Origin: Dimorphilus gyrociliatus
Lineage: Eukaryota; Animalia; Annelida
DNA: 64,000 nt
Reading direction: 5' to 3'
Assembly: GCA_904063045.1 (NCBI GenBank)
Contig: CAJFCJ010000001.1
Location: 1,364,001-1,428,000 of the forward strand
Made by a program: the position numbers and the translations under genes. The notes beneath the pieces are model-generated. The model was not told the DNA's origin. It searched no databases and saw only the letters and a program-made list of their open reading frames with translations. This document shows positions 61,900 through 64,000 of this stretch, piece by piece; the first letter of the stretch is position 1; every line of letters starts with the position of its first letter.

Positions 61900-62542
61900 T
61901 TACCTTCCTCATCCACCGCCAGCCATTGGAGGAGGTGACGGACTGTTTGAACTTCCTCCAAAACCTCCCATACGTCTTCTAGGGCCTCCGCCGCCTCCGC
62001 TGCAAATATAAAATTACAAATATATATGATATATGTACAATTTTTCTATTCTAATCATATAAATAAGAAGATTAATGCTGTTTAAGATATTTAAATAAAT
62101 AGAATATCTTACCCTCCCCATCGATCACCCCTTGAATTTGAACTGGATGAAGCTCTTGTTTTTGAGTCGCCGGGCTAAATTATGAAATAAATGAAAAAAA
62201 TCAATCATTTTTGTTGACCTTCTGTTGATTATTGAAAACAAACCATAAATAAACTCCTGAAGCTGTTAATAAAATGAAATATTTTAATCATTTCATTATA
62301 CAAGTTGAAAGTTATGTTTACTTACAATAGGAATACGAAATCAATGATTCCCCAGAATGTATCCGTTATAATAGATAATCCCCATCTTGGTTTACTATCG
62401 AGAATTTGACCTTAAATAGAGATGATTAGATGTATAATGATTAAAACTAACATAAAATTTTATTTCAGAATATTTTAAACATTCTTTTATACAAAATAAA
62501 GCTGTGATTGACATTTCTCTTACCTCCCGAGACGTATACCAT
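61900..62542 (-). CDS. SELENOK: Selenoprotein K, 94 aa, Sec at residue 92; exons 62542-62524, 62410-62326, 62262-62244, 62174-62113, 61999-61900
   Basis: Spliced product MVYVSGGQILDSKPRWGLSIITDTFWGIIDFVFLFFRSLFMPGD...PRRRMGGF...PSPPPMAGGG-U-GR*. In-frame TGA at 61911-61909, then GGA AGG TAA, and a downstream SECIS. Absent from the ORF track. Confidence 0.97.
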
Positions 62543-63292
62543 GCTGATGAATCTGAAATTGCTTAACGATGACGTTGTTTATATTCGGTTTCCGGAAGCG
62601 AGTTATTATTCTATTTTCGCCTTTTCAACCTAAAGATTTTTTTTAAATTTGTAGGAGTTTTATAAAAAAAATTAAAAATATAGTATTGAAATTTTAAATT
62701 ATACGTAAATAACTCCATTAATTCGAATCAACTATTTTTGAATGGGCGATAATATAGTGTTTTAGAACTCCAAATATATTACAACAGAATACTCCATAAA
62801 ATGGGACTAATCAAATAATATTTTGTTCCTATTATAAAAAATAGTCGTATCTCTTTTAGAAAGATATTACCACGAAAGCTAAATTCATAATAGATTGTTC
62901 GTCTACAAGCTTTTCGCAATTATCTTGCTTTCCCTCTGCCTTATTATCGGCACACATTGTCGGAATAGCTAAGTAACTTGCTTGAAAATCTTATTTATAT
63001 CCGACTGGTTTTTGCATCAAATAAATCACCTATTCAGTTATATACTAGCTTCATACTTCGGGTAATTTTGCAATTGTCAATTGGTTTTTCTTTATCTTTA
63101 TCTTCGGCATTAGTTTTTTTTTCTACATTTACTATATGGTGCCCCCTACCTTCTTCACTTTCTCATTTTTTTATTTTTATTGTTTAACATTCCGCTGTAT
63201 ATAGAAACGGCAGATAAAGTCTCGAAATTTCGAATAATAGAGAATTATATTTCTTTGTAATGAAAATAGTTTTAAACTAAGACACGTGATAC

Positions 63293-63306
63293 GTTGTCAA
63301 GACTAC
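63293..63306. promoter_or_regulatory. RFX X-box-like site upstream of DNAAF1
   Basis: Reverse complement GTAGTC-TT-GACAAC matches 13/14 of GTHNYY-AT-RRNAAC, 70 bp before the ATG. Confidence 0.55.
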
Positions 63307-63376
63307 ATCGTAAACAAGGCCTTCACCTTAGAAAACAGGCATCTCGGCAATATTTCAATTTAATATTCAGCTAGAT

Positions 63377-64000
63377 ATGGATGTTAAAGAAGGTTTAATT
63401 ATCGAAGATATAACCGAGAATACGGATGGTAATAAAATGGAAGTTCTGAAAGAAATTCAGAGTAAAAATATTGAAGATTCAACTGAAAAGAAGATTGAAC
63501 ACGATTCAGAGAAAGAGAATGTCGAAAAGAATTCCTTAGAGAAAATACGAGAACAAAAAGAAAATTCTGGACTTCCTCGGTATAGTATAAGAAATATTTG
63601 TATATTGACAAGTTATTATAATTATTGACAACATTTTTATCGTACAGATTGACAAAAGAAGTACTTAAGAAGCATTGTAAAGACAAGAAATTATATATAA
63701 CACCATATTTGAATGATACGTTGTATCTTCATTACATGGGTAATTATTCATCCAATATACGATTTGTTTAAATAGTAAATATAATTTAATATACATAAAA
63801 GGTATTGGAAAAATTGAAAATCTGGAAGAATACACTGGTCTAAGATCTTTATGGTTAGAATCAAATGGCATAAAAAGAATAGAGAATCTTGATAAACAAA
63901 CAGAACTAAGATGTTTATTCCTACATCAGAATCTTATTTCTAAAATTGAAAATGTAGATCATCTAATACATTTGGATACTTTAAATCTCAGTAATAATTT
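63377..64000 (+). CDS. DNAAF1: Dynein axonemal assembly factor 1 (LRRC50), 5' part only
   Basis: GLPR|[30 protein letters not shown]|[30 protein letters not shown]..., followed by SDS22-type LRRs running off the window. Confidence 0.94.

Overview
Eukaryotic (metazoan), AT-rich and very compact genomic DNA. I can reconstruct about 24 protein-coding genes in 64 kb, mostly with short (~50-100 nt) GT-AG introns, so most entries in the ORF track are single exons or antisense shadows. Gene order: ALKBH8(-), MRPL3(+), decayed mariner(-), NBAS(+), CDK11(+), divergent CNOT2-like(+), folate-receptor-like(+), C2H2 zinc finger(-), MARCHF5(+), ABCA-like(+), C11orf54-like(+), CUL5(-), VPS51(-), TRMT61A(+), PSMA7(-), VBP1(+), methylthioribose kinase-like(-), SENP6/7-like(-), COMMD3(+), RING-only micro-ORF(-), PPIP5K(+), MDH1B(-), IKK(+), SELENOK(-), DNAAF1(+, runs off the end). 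COMMD3 and SELENOK are absent from the ORF track. The architecture would fit a miniaturised spiralian such as the annelid Dimorphilus, but that is a guess. The most unusual signals are: (1) a relay of mutually exclusive hairpins right after the SELENOK Sec UGA, upstream of a clear SECIS; (2) an apparently intact ABCA gene with hydrolytic motifs lost in both ATPase domains; (3) a NEMO-binding IKK with Glu at the S177-equivalent position; (4) an intron-containing MTR kinase starting only 57 bp after the upstream stop codon; (5) a 36-nt PPIP5K cassette exon with its 5' splice site inside a hairpin; (6) a U12-type intron in VBP1. All gene identities come from recalled family motifs, not database searches. 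Exon boundaries and RNA structures were derived by hand.
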